The notes beneath the pieces are model-generated. The model was not told the origin of the DNA, ran no database searches, and saw only the letters and a program-made list of their open reading frames with translations. Below, piece after piece: positions 1-12,700 of a DNA stretch of 64,000 bases. The DNA comes from Paraspadella gotoi (Eukaryota; Animalia; Chaetognatha), in assembly GCA_051294375.1 (NCBI GenBank), contig CM119267.1:17090606-17154605 (forward strand), in the 5' to 3' direction. Every line of letters begins with the position of its first letter. The first letter of the stretch is position 1. Position numbers and translations under genes: made by a program.

Positions 1-841
1 GAAAGTATTTTCCTTGGTCGTCCGTCCAACGAATTTAAATTTCATGGTGCCAAAGTAATCAATATTTTTTAACGTTGGAAGAATTTCATCCTAATGTAAG
101 TTAAGTAATTTAAAGTAACCTCGGTCCTGGCCATTTTCAAAAGTTGCGAGTTTTTCAAAGTTTGATGGAAGCTAAGAAATTAGCCACATATTTTGGTTTA
201 TGAGAGCTGACGATTTTTTTTTGTTCAGATGGGTGAAAATTATATAAACCCTTTGAGCTTGACCCGAGAGTTCCGGTTTTAAAATCCAGGAAGTTGATGG
301 CTTTAACAATTGTATCTGCGGCGTCTCTGCTGCTGTGTGTACTGCCACAAGCAGCAGCGGAATCGGTTTTTAACTGGTCTCCAAATATTTCGGTGTTATG
401 AAAAAACGCACATTAAATTTTGTAATATTGTCATTTCAAAGTCTAAGATTAATCAGTAGTTTTTTTTTCACGCTTGATCTTGAGCAGTTTCAAGGCGTCG
501 AGATTTGAAAATTCTGTTCAATTCTCTGAACGCCCGTACTCTACGATCTATCCCTTTGTATTGAAATTATTATTTTTAATCATAACGTTATCGCTCTTTT
601 TTTCTTTTTCTGTGAGATCGATTTACAGATGCCATATATTGTTTCTTAAAGTATTTTTAAATAGTACTGTTATTGAGTTATTTTTATTAGAATTTATGCA
701 CCGCCACAATACCACCTTTTTATTTACAGTACGGAATTATACGTACTTAATGAGTGCCACGATTTTTTTTTAGCGTCAATCCTTTCGGGGAATTGCAGTT
801 TCAAAATATTTTAACTTTATTGAGCGAACTTCTGCTACAAA

Positions 842-2248
842 ATGACAGAAAACATGTTCGGAGTGTTGGAAACTATCTCGGATCAGGCATCCCAACTTAC
901 TGCTTTTGTTGACAAATTGCGCGGCGATTTCGAGACGGAAACCTCAAGAACAGATGAAGCGAAAGTAAGGAAAACTAATGAAGTTTAATGATATCACTAT
1001 CGTATATATTATATAAAATATATTGTATATGCATCTTATTCTTTTTTTTTTTTCAGAATATCGGATTAAGCTATCTCGACGTGAAGAACCTGCTCTTGTT
1101 AAATTATAATTGTGACATTGCTCATGTAATTCTGTCTAAATGCAAGGGAAGGTATGATATTCCACTGAGGCTTAGTTCATTGTTTGAGGGGACGGTGACT
1201 AATTAATCTGTCATCGTTTCAGGTCCCTCGTCGATAACCCCGCCGTCGATCGATTGACGGAAACTAGGACGGTGATGGAAAAGACTCGCGGCGTTGATCT
1301 CAAACTGAAGTACCAAATCGAAAAGCTCGTTAGAGCCGCCACAGTCGAAACTCAAGGTTAGAAAGCGACCATGACCATTCTTTACTAGTATCGTTTAGTT
1401 GTCTCGAGCGGATCGTGCAAATTCTTGGCAATCGTCAATTCTTCAAGCTTCATAATTGTTTAGATAAAGACAATCAATGCAACTTTAATATAGGCGCGGG
1501 TAACGATCCTCTCAGCTTCCGCCCGAATCTGACCGGTTTTGACGAAGACGATGACGTTGACGGAGATGATGACGATAAAACTAAATCGAAAAAGGACGGC
1601 GTGTATCGACCGCCTAAGTTAGCCGCAGTCAGATACGACGGCGACGATACTGAGGCGGTGAAGAGGGAAAAGCGGGCTAAGATAAGGTCCAGGGCTGTCG
1701 CCAACGCTGCCTTACTCAAGGTATTTTTTTTTCCATTAAAAAAAAAATCACCCAATATTGGCGATGTTATTAGTTATAAGTAAACCTTTATTTCTTATTT
1801 AATGTAACATTGAATGTTTACTTATTTCGTAGGATCTTGATCTGGACCGTGAAGAGCCAGAGGAAATATTCGAGAACAACGTTCACCGGTTCAAGGAAGA
1901 TCGAAGATTAGCGGAAAGAACCAAATATGAAGAGGACAACTTCACTCGCCTTGTACTGACCAAGAAAGACAAAGGTGAGAACTTTTAAGTGATTCTTTGT
2001 GACATCTTTTTCGTTTTTCATTCTTGTTTTGCTTGTTCGCAGCTCGCATGAAACGGCTTTCCACGGCCTCCGCGCTCGGAGACGCGATGACCAACTTTTC
2101 CGGACTTCCCGCTTTGTGGCGGGACGATGAAGACGGCGGAGGCGGTGCGGGCGGAAAGAAGCCGAAAAAAGTTTCTGGTACCAAAAGAAAACTTTCCAAA
2201 GCCACCGCAAAGAAGATGAAAGCCAAAAAGAGAAAACGTTTTGCTTAA
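842..2248 (+). CDS. NGDN: Neuroguidin (Sas10/Utp3/Lcp5 family), multi-exon
   Basis: Joined exons give GLSYLDVKNLLLLNY, RLTETRTVMEKTRGVDLKLKYQIEKLVR, DPLSFRPNL, GVYRPPKLAAVRYD, KYEEDNFTRL and a basic C-terminal tail; GT-AG introns. Confidence 0.92.
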
Positions 2249-2378
2249 AAGTCCACTCTCTGTTACATTCGTTTTGAATCTTATCAGTTATTTCGTTACT
2301 ATGTATTTTTGTTAGCTTTTACAGATTTTGCATTCACTTTTTTGTGGATTAATATGTGGCATTTTGTACGCTCGGCCA

Positions 2379-4190
2379 ATGGAACTTCAAACTCTCAACG
2401 TTCCGGATAATCAACAGCGGTCAAAACGTTGGCAGGTTTGAAACATGAGAGATACAACTAGCCGTTGGTGTCATGTAAGAAATGCTATAGAAATTGTCTC
2501 CGAAATTAGGACCCCAGTGCGACGATTTTTCGGGAGCAATCTCTGACACGCGGCCCGATCAAAGGGTCCACCCCAACATCATTAGGAAAACGCGGTTCTC
2601 GGTCGCAACAACCTCTCGTAGGCGCTTCGCCCACCGCCTCGAGACATAGCGCCTTCACCACAGGTGTCCGAGGTTGACAGTTTAGGACACGATTTTTTCA
2701 TTGACCTCTAGAACTTGTGTACAGAATGGGTCGAACAGTTAAATAATTATTTATAAAAATCATTGCAGGGGGCAGCTCTACTGTAATTCTCCGCAAAACC
2801 TCGGACGCTTCAAGTAAAATGCCGTGTTGTCATTCATGTTGCGAGTGTCTCGGAAGAATTCCGTATGGATCTCTGCTCGCTACTCTCATTACAGGCATAA
2901 AACACAAACGGTTTTTGAATATTGTGAGAAATTTTGGACTAAGTTCGAATTTTCATTAATTAGGGGCGGGTGTTGGAGTAGCTTGCGTTTGCACTTCCAT
3001 CGGTTTACCTCATTTAGTGGCGATGTTGAGGGTAATTTTCTTATTTCTTATCGATGGATTCAGCGATATATATATATATAATATATATACATATATACGA
3101 GTACGGTCTTTTTTTAGGGTTTCAAAATTTCTATCAAAGATGGAGTTGAAGAAGCATTCATGACAGCCGTCGTATCCGTCGGTAATTTGAAATTATTATA
3201 ATAAACGATAATTAATCTGACCAAATGAAATTTATTGTGAAAAACGTTTGTAAAAACATCAGGGGCGGTAATGGCCACCCTTGCCGTCGTCCTTCTTATC
3301 ATCGGGTTTCTAGCTACCGGAGCGACGAGACGCCAAGTATACACTGGTAAATTCGGTCTATTAATGAAATATTGGGAAATTAATGTTACCTAAAAATCTT
3401 TCTCGTTAACTAATATCCTTTGATTTCTTAGGCTCGTGGTCTCGTATCACAGGAAGAATCGCCGCTGGTTTTTTCATCCTTCTTACTTACTTTCTGACCA
3501 TTGTTTGGTTCTTGGCCTGTTGTCTACTACTTATCGTGTCAGTCTTCTTTGTCGTCAGTGTTACAAATTGTCAGGTAATGTAATGTTACTCAAATATTAA
3601 TGCATTAAACTTTCAGGTTTGTAATATTGCTTTTTACTATTATTAAAATTCACTCACTTTTCAGTTGTACGAAAAAGATCAGCAGTGGGAAGGGAATTGT
3701 TTCAACGTGTCGACCATCGTGGAGGGCATTCCCGCCAACATCAACGTCGATCAACTCTCGACGAGGCTTTGTGGGGAAGAGTTCAAAGGTAAATGTTACT
3801 GGAAGAACGGACAACTTTGTCGTTTTTCATATCAGTTGATTTTTTTTGTCTCTTCAGCAAAAAATATTTTTCTGTTTAGTGAGCTAATCAAATTTTTTTA
3901 AACAAATTTCAAATTTTCAGAATACTGCGACGAGGCGACGCAAGGCCACCTCCTCTTCTACGCGGCCAACGGAGGCGTCGCTCTTATCGTCCTCGGTCTC
4001 ATTCACTTTCTCATGTGTCTGTCGGCCAACTATGCCCACATCAAAGGTTTGCTTTTGTTGTTTGAGTTTTGATCGATCCTTCAACAGTGTGTAAACAGTT
4101 TTACTTAATCCATTTTCAGACGGATTAAAGTTGCGGGAATACGAGGAGGCCAAGTATTCCATCGACACCAGAGATTACGCTTCGTTTTGA
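2379..4190 (+). CDS. M6: Myelin proteolipid / neuronal membrane glycoprotein M6 family, multi-exon
   Basis: CCECLGRIPYGSLLATLIT, IIGFLATGATRRQVY and LIHFLMCLSANYAHIKD are PLP/M6 signatures. The N-terminal extension from ATG 2379 is inferred from in-frame splicing; alternative start near 2819. Confidence 0.85.
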
Positions 4191-5597
4191 AGAAAAGCCG
4201 GGTTTTTTTTTCTGGTTAAGCTCTGTGGTGTCGAAATTACTCGCCGTGAAAATTTTAAATTTTTTTGGTGGCTTTTTTAAGTTTGTTCCTGGAAAACATG
4301 TCAAATTAGACGGATGAACTGAAGACTTTCTTATTAAAATTTTTCTCTTTGTTCTTTCATTTTTCGAGAGTTTTTTTGCGACGCATTGCGTTGAAATTGT
4401 ATACACTGAATTTTAAGAAAATATTATATGCTTAGCATTTATTCAATTATCATTATTATAAATGCAAAAAAAATGACACCTGTTCCGCTTTATTTAAAAT
4501 GTTTTGATAATTTTTTTTCCGCTACATTTTGATGTTTCTTATTTCAAATGTTTTGTGATAGATCAATTTTATTTTTTTTAGCATGAAGCTCGTGCTAACT
4601 ATGTGATTATAGCATTGCTCTCATTAACCTATTCAAACTTCCTTCGATTTTTTGTATAAAAGGGTTAGTATATACATTTTATAGTCTTTTTATCTGCTGC
4701 TCTTCTTATATTCCCCACATTATCATTGACAAAAATTACCTTCTTGTCCCGAGATCAATGTTTACTGTAAAGTTTCCGAGTCGTTATTCACATTCCATTT
4801 TTTCGCATTTACCAAAAAAGAGCAGATTTTCCAGAAATGCTTAGCACCCGGGTTAAATATTTTATATTTTGAATGCAAGCTGCTTTATATTTACCAAGAA
4901 CCGAAAAACAAATTACGTTTAAATGTCTTTGTCTTACTAATAAAAATATTTGCGGATGGCTTGCATAAAAAATCTTTAAAACTGGTGCTAAGGAAGGGTG
5001 GCGTACATAGAATTTTCTCAAAAACCCGAAAAGTGGCATCGTTTATCATATCAATGTGATCAACGTATAAAAAATATTCGTTTAGGTTGCTTTGCTGTAC
5101 CAAAAAATATATATATATATAAATTAACTTAGATTTTTCCTTGAGATTTAAACTAACCAATGATTAGGAAAACCTTTAAGCAGGTTTATTTTATTTTATT
5201 TATTGCCGACGATAACGCCTAGTTTCGTTCTCATTGTTAGGTTTTTAACTATTTCATGAAACTGTCGTGGAAAAACCAAAAACGGACTCCGTCAAAGACT
5301 CTTCGTTTTTCTAGATTCCCTTTTGTTTCTCGACGGAAGGGCTTTCCCAGCTGAGCGACGAAAAAATCTGTCACTTTAATTCCATCGCAACTGTGGCCGA
5401 CAGCTAAGATGCCAATGAACAGACGAAGCGTTGTGGCTGTGCTCTTGTTGAATGATGACGAGAATATATATAATAAATTTTGAAGATTAAATGATTTCAA
5501 CCAAACTTACGATATCGAACAATTACCGCAATTTAAAATTACGTTATCAGTATCTAAATTATTAAAGGGAAATAGGACGTCCGAAACAGTCGGGGAT

Positions 5598-8500
5598 ATG
5601 GAGTTGGATGGCGATACCCCGTTCATCCCATCGGAGACCACGACCAAGTCGGACTCGAATTCTCAAAACCCTGAACTGTCGCTGGAAGCCTCGCACGCTT
5701 CCATGCCCTCTTCGTCCGCAGAAAAATTGGAAGATCTCGATGATGACTGCCCCAGCCAAAAATCTTTGGATGTTCCATCGGTCGCTTCGGTGCATGCTCT
5801 TGGAACTGCCTGTGTTACTTCGGCGGAAGCCCCACCACCGTTAAAGACCTCCGAGAAAAACAGCCCGTTGTCTAAATCAGAGACGACGGAAAACTCGAAC
5901 AAAATAGCCAGATTGGAGTATGGGTTATCGCTTGGAGACAGGTCGGTTGCGTGGAAGGGTCTATAATTTACATTTTGTTGTCGCTTGACTCCTTGTGTCT
6001 CAAGTATTCCTAATATTTTTTACCTCCCAAAGGGTAATGGTCTCCAAAACTCGAGTTGGTTATATCCGCTACTTGGGCCCCACCGAATTCGCTTCCGGTT
6101 TTTGGGTTGGCATCGAACTCGACGAGCCTCGCGGGAAGAACAACGGCGTCGTCAATGGTAAAAAGTACTTCAACTGTCGGGGTCCTTTTTTCGGCCTTTT
6201 CTCACCCGTGGAAAAAGCCGTCAAGGTGGACGCCGCCGGTCGACGAGCCGCGCGAGGAGCGACTAAACCCGTAACCCGTGCTACTCCCGCCCACCATTCT
6301 CGTCTTTGCCGATCTTCATCTCGAGACTCTGTCAACTCGTTTCGTTCCTTCTCCTCCATGTCTTCCATCTGTTCCAACGTTTCCACCGCCTCCCTCTTTA
6401 CGGATTCGACGTCGCCTCTCGCAGCTTCCACGCCCGTCCCTCCCTCGCGTCCTCTTCGCCATGCCGTGTCTTATTCCAATGTGCATTCCTGTCATCATAG
6501 CACCGATACTACTCGAGAAAAGAGAAAGATCAGTCGCCATGGTGACGGAAACGAGGAAGAAAACAACAAGAGAAAACAGACGCCGGGTCTCGCCAAGACT
6601 CCACCGAAGCGAGGCTCGGCCGCCGTGGTTAAACCCTCGACCCCCACACCTTCTCGTCATGCCGTCAAACGGCCGTCCTGCGCCGGCGCGGGGTCATTCG
6701 CTGAAGTTCTGTCCCGATCGAATGTTAAATCGCGCGCCATCGCTTCACCGAAAGACCCCGGCGTCGTTCCGCTCTCACGTTCGTGTTCCTTCGTTCAACC
6801 GCCATCTCCTCGGTCCAAGGGCGGCTTCGATTATCCGCCCGAAGATTACGCCGACGACGCCACCCTTCGGGCGCTGCGAGCGGCGGTTTCCGAAAAAACG
6901 CAGCACATTGATCAACTGTTAATGGAACGTGATCTAGAGCGTAGCGAGGTAGCTAAGGCCGTGGCTGAAGCGGAGGAAAACGGAGTTAAATACGACGCCT
7001 TGAAGGTGGATTGGGAGGAATTCAGGATAGCGAAGCTGGAAGAACTTGAAGTATGGAGGGAAAGGACGGCAGAGTTAATAGAATCGTTAGCGAGTTGTAA
7101 GGAGAAGCTTTCTGACAAGGAACGAGAGTTCGAGGACGCCAGATTCCGGGCCGATGAACTCGAATTGAACATTCAAGAAATTCAAGACGCTTTGAGGTTA
7201 AAAAATGTGGAATCTCTGAGGTTAAACAACGAATTGGAAGAGCAAAGAGCATCCGCAATCGATTCTCAGGAAGAATTAAATTCTCTTAATAAGAAGCTTA
7301 ATATTTTAGAAAAAGAAAACGTCGATCTTAAGAATGAGCTGGAAAGCATATACTCGAATCAGAGGATTTCGGAAGAAAACGAGTGTCTGAAACGCCAACT
7401 TGCCGTAGAAGATACAAAAATTAGAGGGTTCCTTACGGAAAGCGAGGAATGTCAGAAGAAATTAAAAGACCAAACTGATGCAATTTATCGTTTGCAAGCA
7501 GCCCTAAATGAAAAAGATCTGAAAAATATAGAATTGCTGAAAAATTTGGAGGCAGAGGCCAATAATGCTTTGACCCTCCAGAAAGCTTTAGAAAATGAGA
7601 AGATCGTACATAGAGAAGTTCTTACGAAATTAAACGAAGAGACTAAAAAAAACTACTCCTTACAAAAAAATTTTGATATAAACGAGATTAAACTTAATGA
7701 CACTCTTAACTCATTTGATCAACAAACTAAAACAATTTTGACCTTAGAAAAATCTTTGCATGAAAAGGGCTTAAAACTTTCGAATTTGTCCTTAGAACGC
7801 GAGGAGTACGTAAAAAAGTTAAAAAGTCAAACGCAAATTTTACTTCATTTACAAAGCGAATTTGATAGCAAAGACGTGCAATATAATGAGTGCCAAAACA
7901 ATTTAGAAGAACAAATTAAAAAAACTTCCATTCTCCAGACAGCGCTTGATGTTAAAATTGTGGAACATACGGAATACTTAAAGAATACTGAAGTTCTCAA
8001 TGAAAAAATTTCGGAGTTGAAAAAGACTTTAAATGAGAAAGAGTTCGAGTATAACGAGTGCATGAAACGTTTGATGGAACAGACCAAAGTTTTTTCCTCC
8101 ATTCAAACGGCTTTGGATGAAAAAACTAGTGAATTGACCCGCTCTCTAGAAAAAAAAAAAGAAGACGAAGCTGAGTTTAGTCATCAACTAATTCAACTTT
8201 TTTCCCAAAACACACACATTCAGAATTCTCTCGAGGAAAAAGAGAGAACAATCGATGTTCAACTTCGAAAATTACAAGAACAGGATGTTACCCTAATAGC
8301 TCTTAAGAAAAATTTACATGAGCGTAATCATCAGGCGGAGTCATGGCGACTGAAAAATGAAGAGATGAATAAAGATTATGCCACTTTGGAAAATAGATAT
8401 GAATGCTTGGAAAGAAAAATTGAAGATTCAAACAACAACAGAAATTTGCCACAAAAACAAAGAACGACTATTCCTTGGGAAATGGCGGAAAGGAATCAGT

Positions 8501-9336
8501 TACCATGTTCTGATCCGAAATTGGAACCAAATAAAGAAGAAATAGAAAGAAAATATTTTACTGTGAATGAAGAAAAACTGGATTGTGTTAATGGGAGCTT
8601 AATTGAAAAAGACCGACGGTTAGAAACCAGAATGGATTTTTCAAAGGAAGATGAAAACCTTCCTAAGACACCTCAGCTAAACACGAAAAATTGTCAAATA
8701 AATTACTTTGATTCCATGTTTAAACCATATCCTGAAGAGCAAAAGAGCATGAGAGAAAATGTACAAAAATTTGAAATACACGGCGAAACGAGTGGCGATG
8801 CAAAATCGATTCAGATAGAGGATCTCAAACTAGCACCTATGAAATTGATTGAGAGAGTTAACGTGAACGAGCAAGACCAAATAATGGAACTTAAGCGGCG
8901 AATCGCTGAGTTTATCACTCTAGTCAGTTCTGAAAAAAAAATGAAAATAGACTGTGATAATAGCACAAACAGTGATCTATTAAATTTGTTTAAAGATTTT
9001 GAAATACTTCGTCGCTTAAATAAAAATAATTTCAATGAAAATTTTAAAAGCCTCTACCATGAGTTCGAGGCTGTAACCTGCAACCCGCCGTCCTTCAATC
9101 TAGTCAAACACAGCAATCTAGTCGAATCAAATCAAACGGATCCGTTTAATTTTGATATTAACAATTGCAATCCTCTTGAAAATATTAAAAAAGATTACCA
9201 GCTGATTATTCGTAGTGTTGAGTGTCAGCTTGACCGAGGAAAGCAACTTGGATTGCAAATGTCTTCATCGAAAAACAGTTTGGATAATCTACGCGTAAAA
9301 ATCTCAAAAATAAGGCAGCAACTTAATTGTCGCTGA
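5598..9336 (+). CDS. CAP-Gly domain coiled-coil protein, CLIP-170/CLIP-190-like (2 coding exons)
   Basis: CAP-Gly motif GYIRYLGPTEFASGFWVGIELDEPRGKNNG; CLIP-type SEKTQHIDQLLMERDLERSEVAKA; long coiled coil. One intron of about 90 bp at ~5942-6031. Confidence 0.85.
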
Positions 9337-9701
9337 GAAAGCCTTTTTTTCGAAGTGAATTTTTTTTAAAGCAGTATTGTTTTACGTACTTAAACTGCAA
9401 TAAATTAATGTTTTAAAATCGTTCTCGTTAATTTTTTTTCTAATTTAAATGCTTTTTCTGTTTTTTTTTTCAGCGTAATTTTGAGAATTCCATTTGACGT
9501 TTCATTCTTGAATTTTTTTTGGTTTTTCGCTAAGAGATTGCCTCCTCATCTCCTATCAATACATGAATATCGTGTGAACAAAAACTCACTTTTGTGGGGC
9601 GCGCAAAAATTGGTACAATCAGCAAGGCTCAGTTGGAGCCGTCTTGTCAGAAAAACTTGGTCAAAAGAAATCGCTAAAACGTGGTATTATTTCTGTCAAA
9701 A

Positions 9702-12700
9702 ATGGCGTCCAACGTTGTAATGAAGAGCCCTCATGAATCTGAGGACGAAGAGAACATGTCCGTACAGGAATCAGACGACGACGATGATAACGACTATCAG
9801 GTACATGCGTATCTTTGTAAATATTGAACAAAATCTTTTAAACGCATATAATTTTTTTTTCTTTTTGCAGGACTATTACAACCAAACTGATGATATTGGA
9901 GACGAAAACATCTTCGAAAAAGACCCAGAATTCTTTGAATATCGGGTAAGCTCATTTTTGAATCATTACTAAATTGTTTTTGAGAATTCATTTGGCGTGC
10001 CTAATTCATTTCATTACGCAATCAGTGTTTAACGGTTGAAGAGGTGGAGCGTCTCTTAAATGAACACGTCGCCGAACTCAGTCAAGAACTAAAAATTTCC
10101 CCCTCATTGGCCAAAATGCTTCTTCACGCTCATCAGTGGAACAGAGAAGCAATTGTATCTAGGTATCATATGAAAAGTTGTTGTAAGCTTATTTGACACA
10201 ATGAAAAATAACGTGGCGTTTCTGTCTCGTGCTGTTTTTGTCCTTTTAAAATTATTTCTGAGCCAAATTAATTGATTATTACTTTTGATAATATGTGCGA
10301 TATACACTACTGGACATTACTGTGTCTGACCATAACCCTTGACCATCAACAAAAAAGCTAACTAGATCAAAAATAGTAAAAAAGATGAAGCAATATAGCT
10401 CGAAACGCTTACAAAATTTTAGACCATTGCTTTTATAAATGCAAAAAAAAATATTAATATTATTAAAACAAAATTTTAACGATAACTTAATAGTTAACCG
10501 AAACCAAGATGAATATTTTTTACCCATCATTTCTTCAATTTATATGAATCATATGTTTGTAATTAGTCAATTAATCTAAATAACAATATGACAAATTCAT
10601 TTTCAATTTTTTTTATGAATGGGAAGTTTTTACTGCTTACTCCCCTTGTGTTTAATTATCTAATATTTTAGAGGTATTTCCAAAAACCTTATATAATTAC
10701 TATATTTTTCACTTTTTTTCAATTCTTTCAAACAAAAACAACATCATAAAAACATTTTAAATTAATAAAAAAAAATTGATTGAATGATTTTGGAAAAAAT
10801 ATTTTAAAACTTGAGAATAATGGATTTCGAGTTAGGAAAAAAATTTTGCAATTCAAAAAAATCAGCCTCTAGCCTTTCGATTTTTCTAGAGGCTGATTTT
10901 TTTATTTTTTGATATTTTGATTTTCTATGCAAAACCATTATTCTCAATGAGTATAGGTCGGAGGAAATTTTTTTCCAACAATTTGAAAAAATTTCAGCTT
11001 TTTTAATTAGGGCTTTTTGGGGAAATAAATAAATCAATTATTATACGATGGGTACATCTGAAAGTGATATGTCTCTAAATGACAAAAAATTTTCTTCAAG
11101 TTTTATTTTAAAATTTAAGTATTGTAGCAATAGAAATAAGTGAGATACTCCCGCTTTGCCAAAATTTTTATTTTAACAAAGATTTGTACTGCGTAGTTTA
11201 AAAAAAGTTATTTCATTAAATAACTTTTGAAAGAAAAGAGCTAGCAAGATGGGTGTGGTATCAAATTAAAGCCCTAATCATGGGACACCTTTCTAAAAAA
11301 GTTTTATTAAATTAAATCCATAAATCTTTACACAGCTTTTGTTTTAAATCAGAGTTAAAATTATAACAGTTTTTTGCTTTAAAAATTTTAATGAAGGCAT
11401 ATGAAATTTTTTATTTTTCTTTTGTAATTTAAAAAGGAAAGACTGAATTACATTTTGATTATTATTAAATTTTCTTTATTCCATAAAACTGCTTATATTT
11501 TTAAGTTAAAGTAAAAAACAAGCAAAAATTTATATTGTAGTTTGATAAAATGTCTTTTTAAATATCAAAAATGATAAATACAAAAATGTTTTCAGCTTGA
11601 TATAAACAGTCTGGACATCTACCTTCTTGTCTGTGAAAAAAAAATCGGCATTTTTATTATCTTTAACTGCAAACTAAAAGCTTGACACACTGCTTGTTTA
11701 TCATAATAAAGTTTTAAAAAATTATATAGCTGGCAATATATTTGACAAAGCAAGACATCATTGTGTTAAATTGTATTGATAATTTTCTTTTAAATATAGC
11801 AAGGAATTTAATTCTATTATTTATCATCCATTTTAATTAAGAAAATATTTCTCGTAATAGCCCATTAGAAAGGGTTCATTGACTGACTTAATGATCGAAT
11901 TTTTAGATATCTTTACTGCCCCCATTTCACAAGATATAAAAAGGTCATGGTTATCATGTCAGTAAGTCCAGATTATCTGTACCCTTTATACAACCTGCAT
12001 TCTGAATTTTCTTTTTTTCCCTTTCAAATGTATTAAAAAAAATTATTTGAGAGAACAATCGGCGTGGAGGATGCAATTGGTAAGCCTTAGTTACCCCACT
12101 TCCCGATCGAATTTTTAAATGAGGTTTTTTTTCCATCTATTTGAGACATAACACTAACTATTGGTACTATTATTTTTTAAATTTTTTTTTATTACAATTC
12201 TAGGAATAAATATGAATAAGTAACTTTTTAAAAAAATTTATCATCTTTCACCCTATATTCGGTCATATCTAAAAAACAAAAAAAGATTTTGCATTGATAT
12301 TTTGGATATGGACATATGAAACTATAACGTTTCAAAAATAAAAAGAAATATAATAATATTGAACAGTGAATTTTTTTTATGCACGGAACAGTAACGTTAC
12401 GCCATTTTTCATTGTGTCATTTAAGGCCGTGAAGACGTCATTTCTTCTTTTCACTGTTAACGTTTTATTTTTTTCAAGTAAACAATTAATTTTAAATGTT
12501 TTTAGTTACCGGCTCAACAAGGATAAACTTTTGGTAGAAACCGGAATTACCCCCTTTGCTTTTCCACGGCTAGAACATCTGGGATCCTCGCTAGTTTGTC
12601 AGGCTAGTATTTGATTCATGTGCCGTGCTTTATTAATGTGATAGGTAATATTTTGTTTTTTTCCAGGTCTGTCTCACACCAGTTCATCTAGAGGATGTTC

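Noticed and set aside
1-420. Possible last exon or minus-strand exon at the window start
   Set aside because: Short open frames on both strands, no recognisable motif and no consistent splice model.
6056-6922. Overlapping alternate-frame and antisense ORFs in GC-rich exons (also in Tudor, 36100-36900 and 53876-55095)
   Set aside because: Expected shadows of GC-rich coding sequence; no domains or independent signals.
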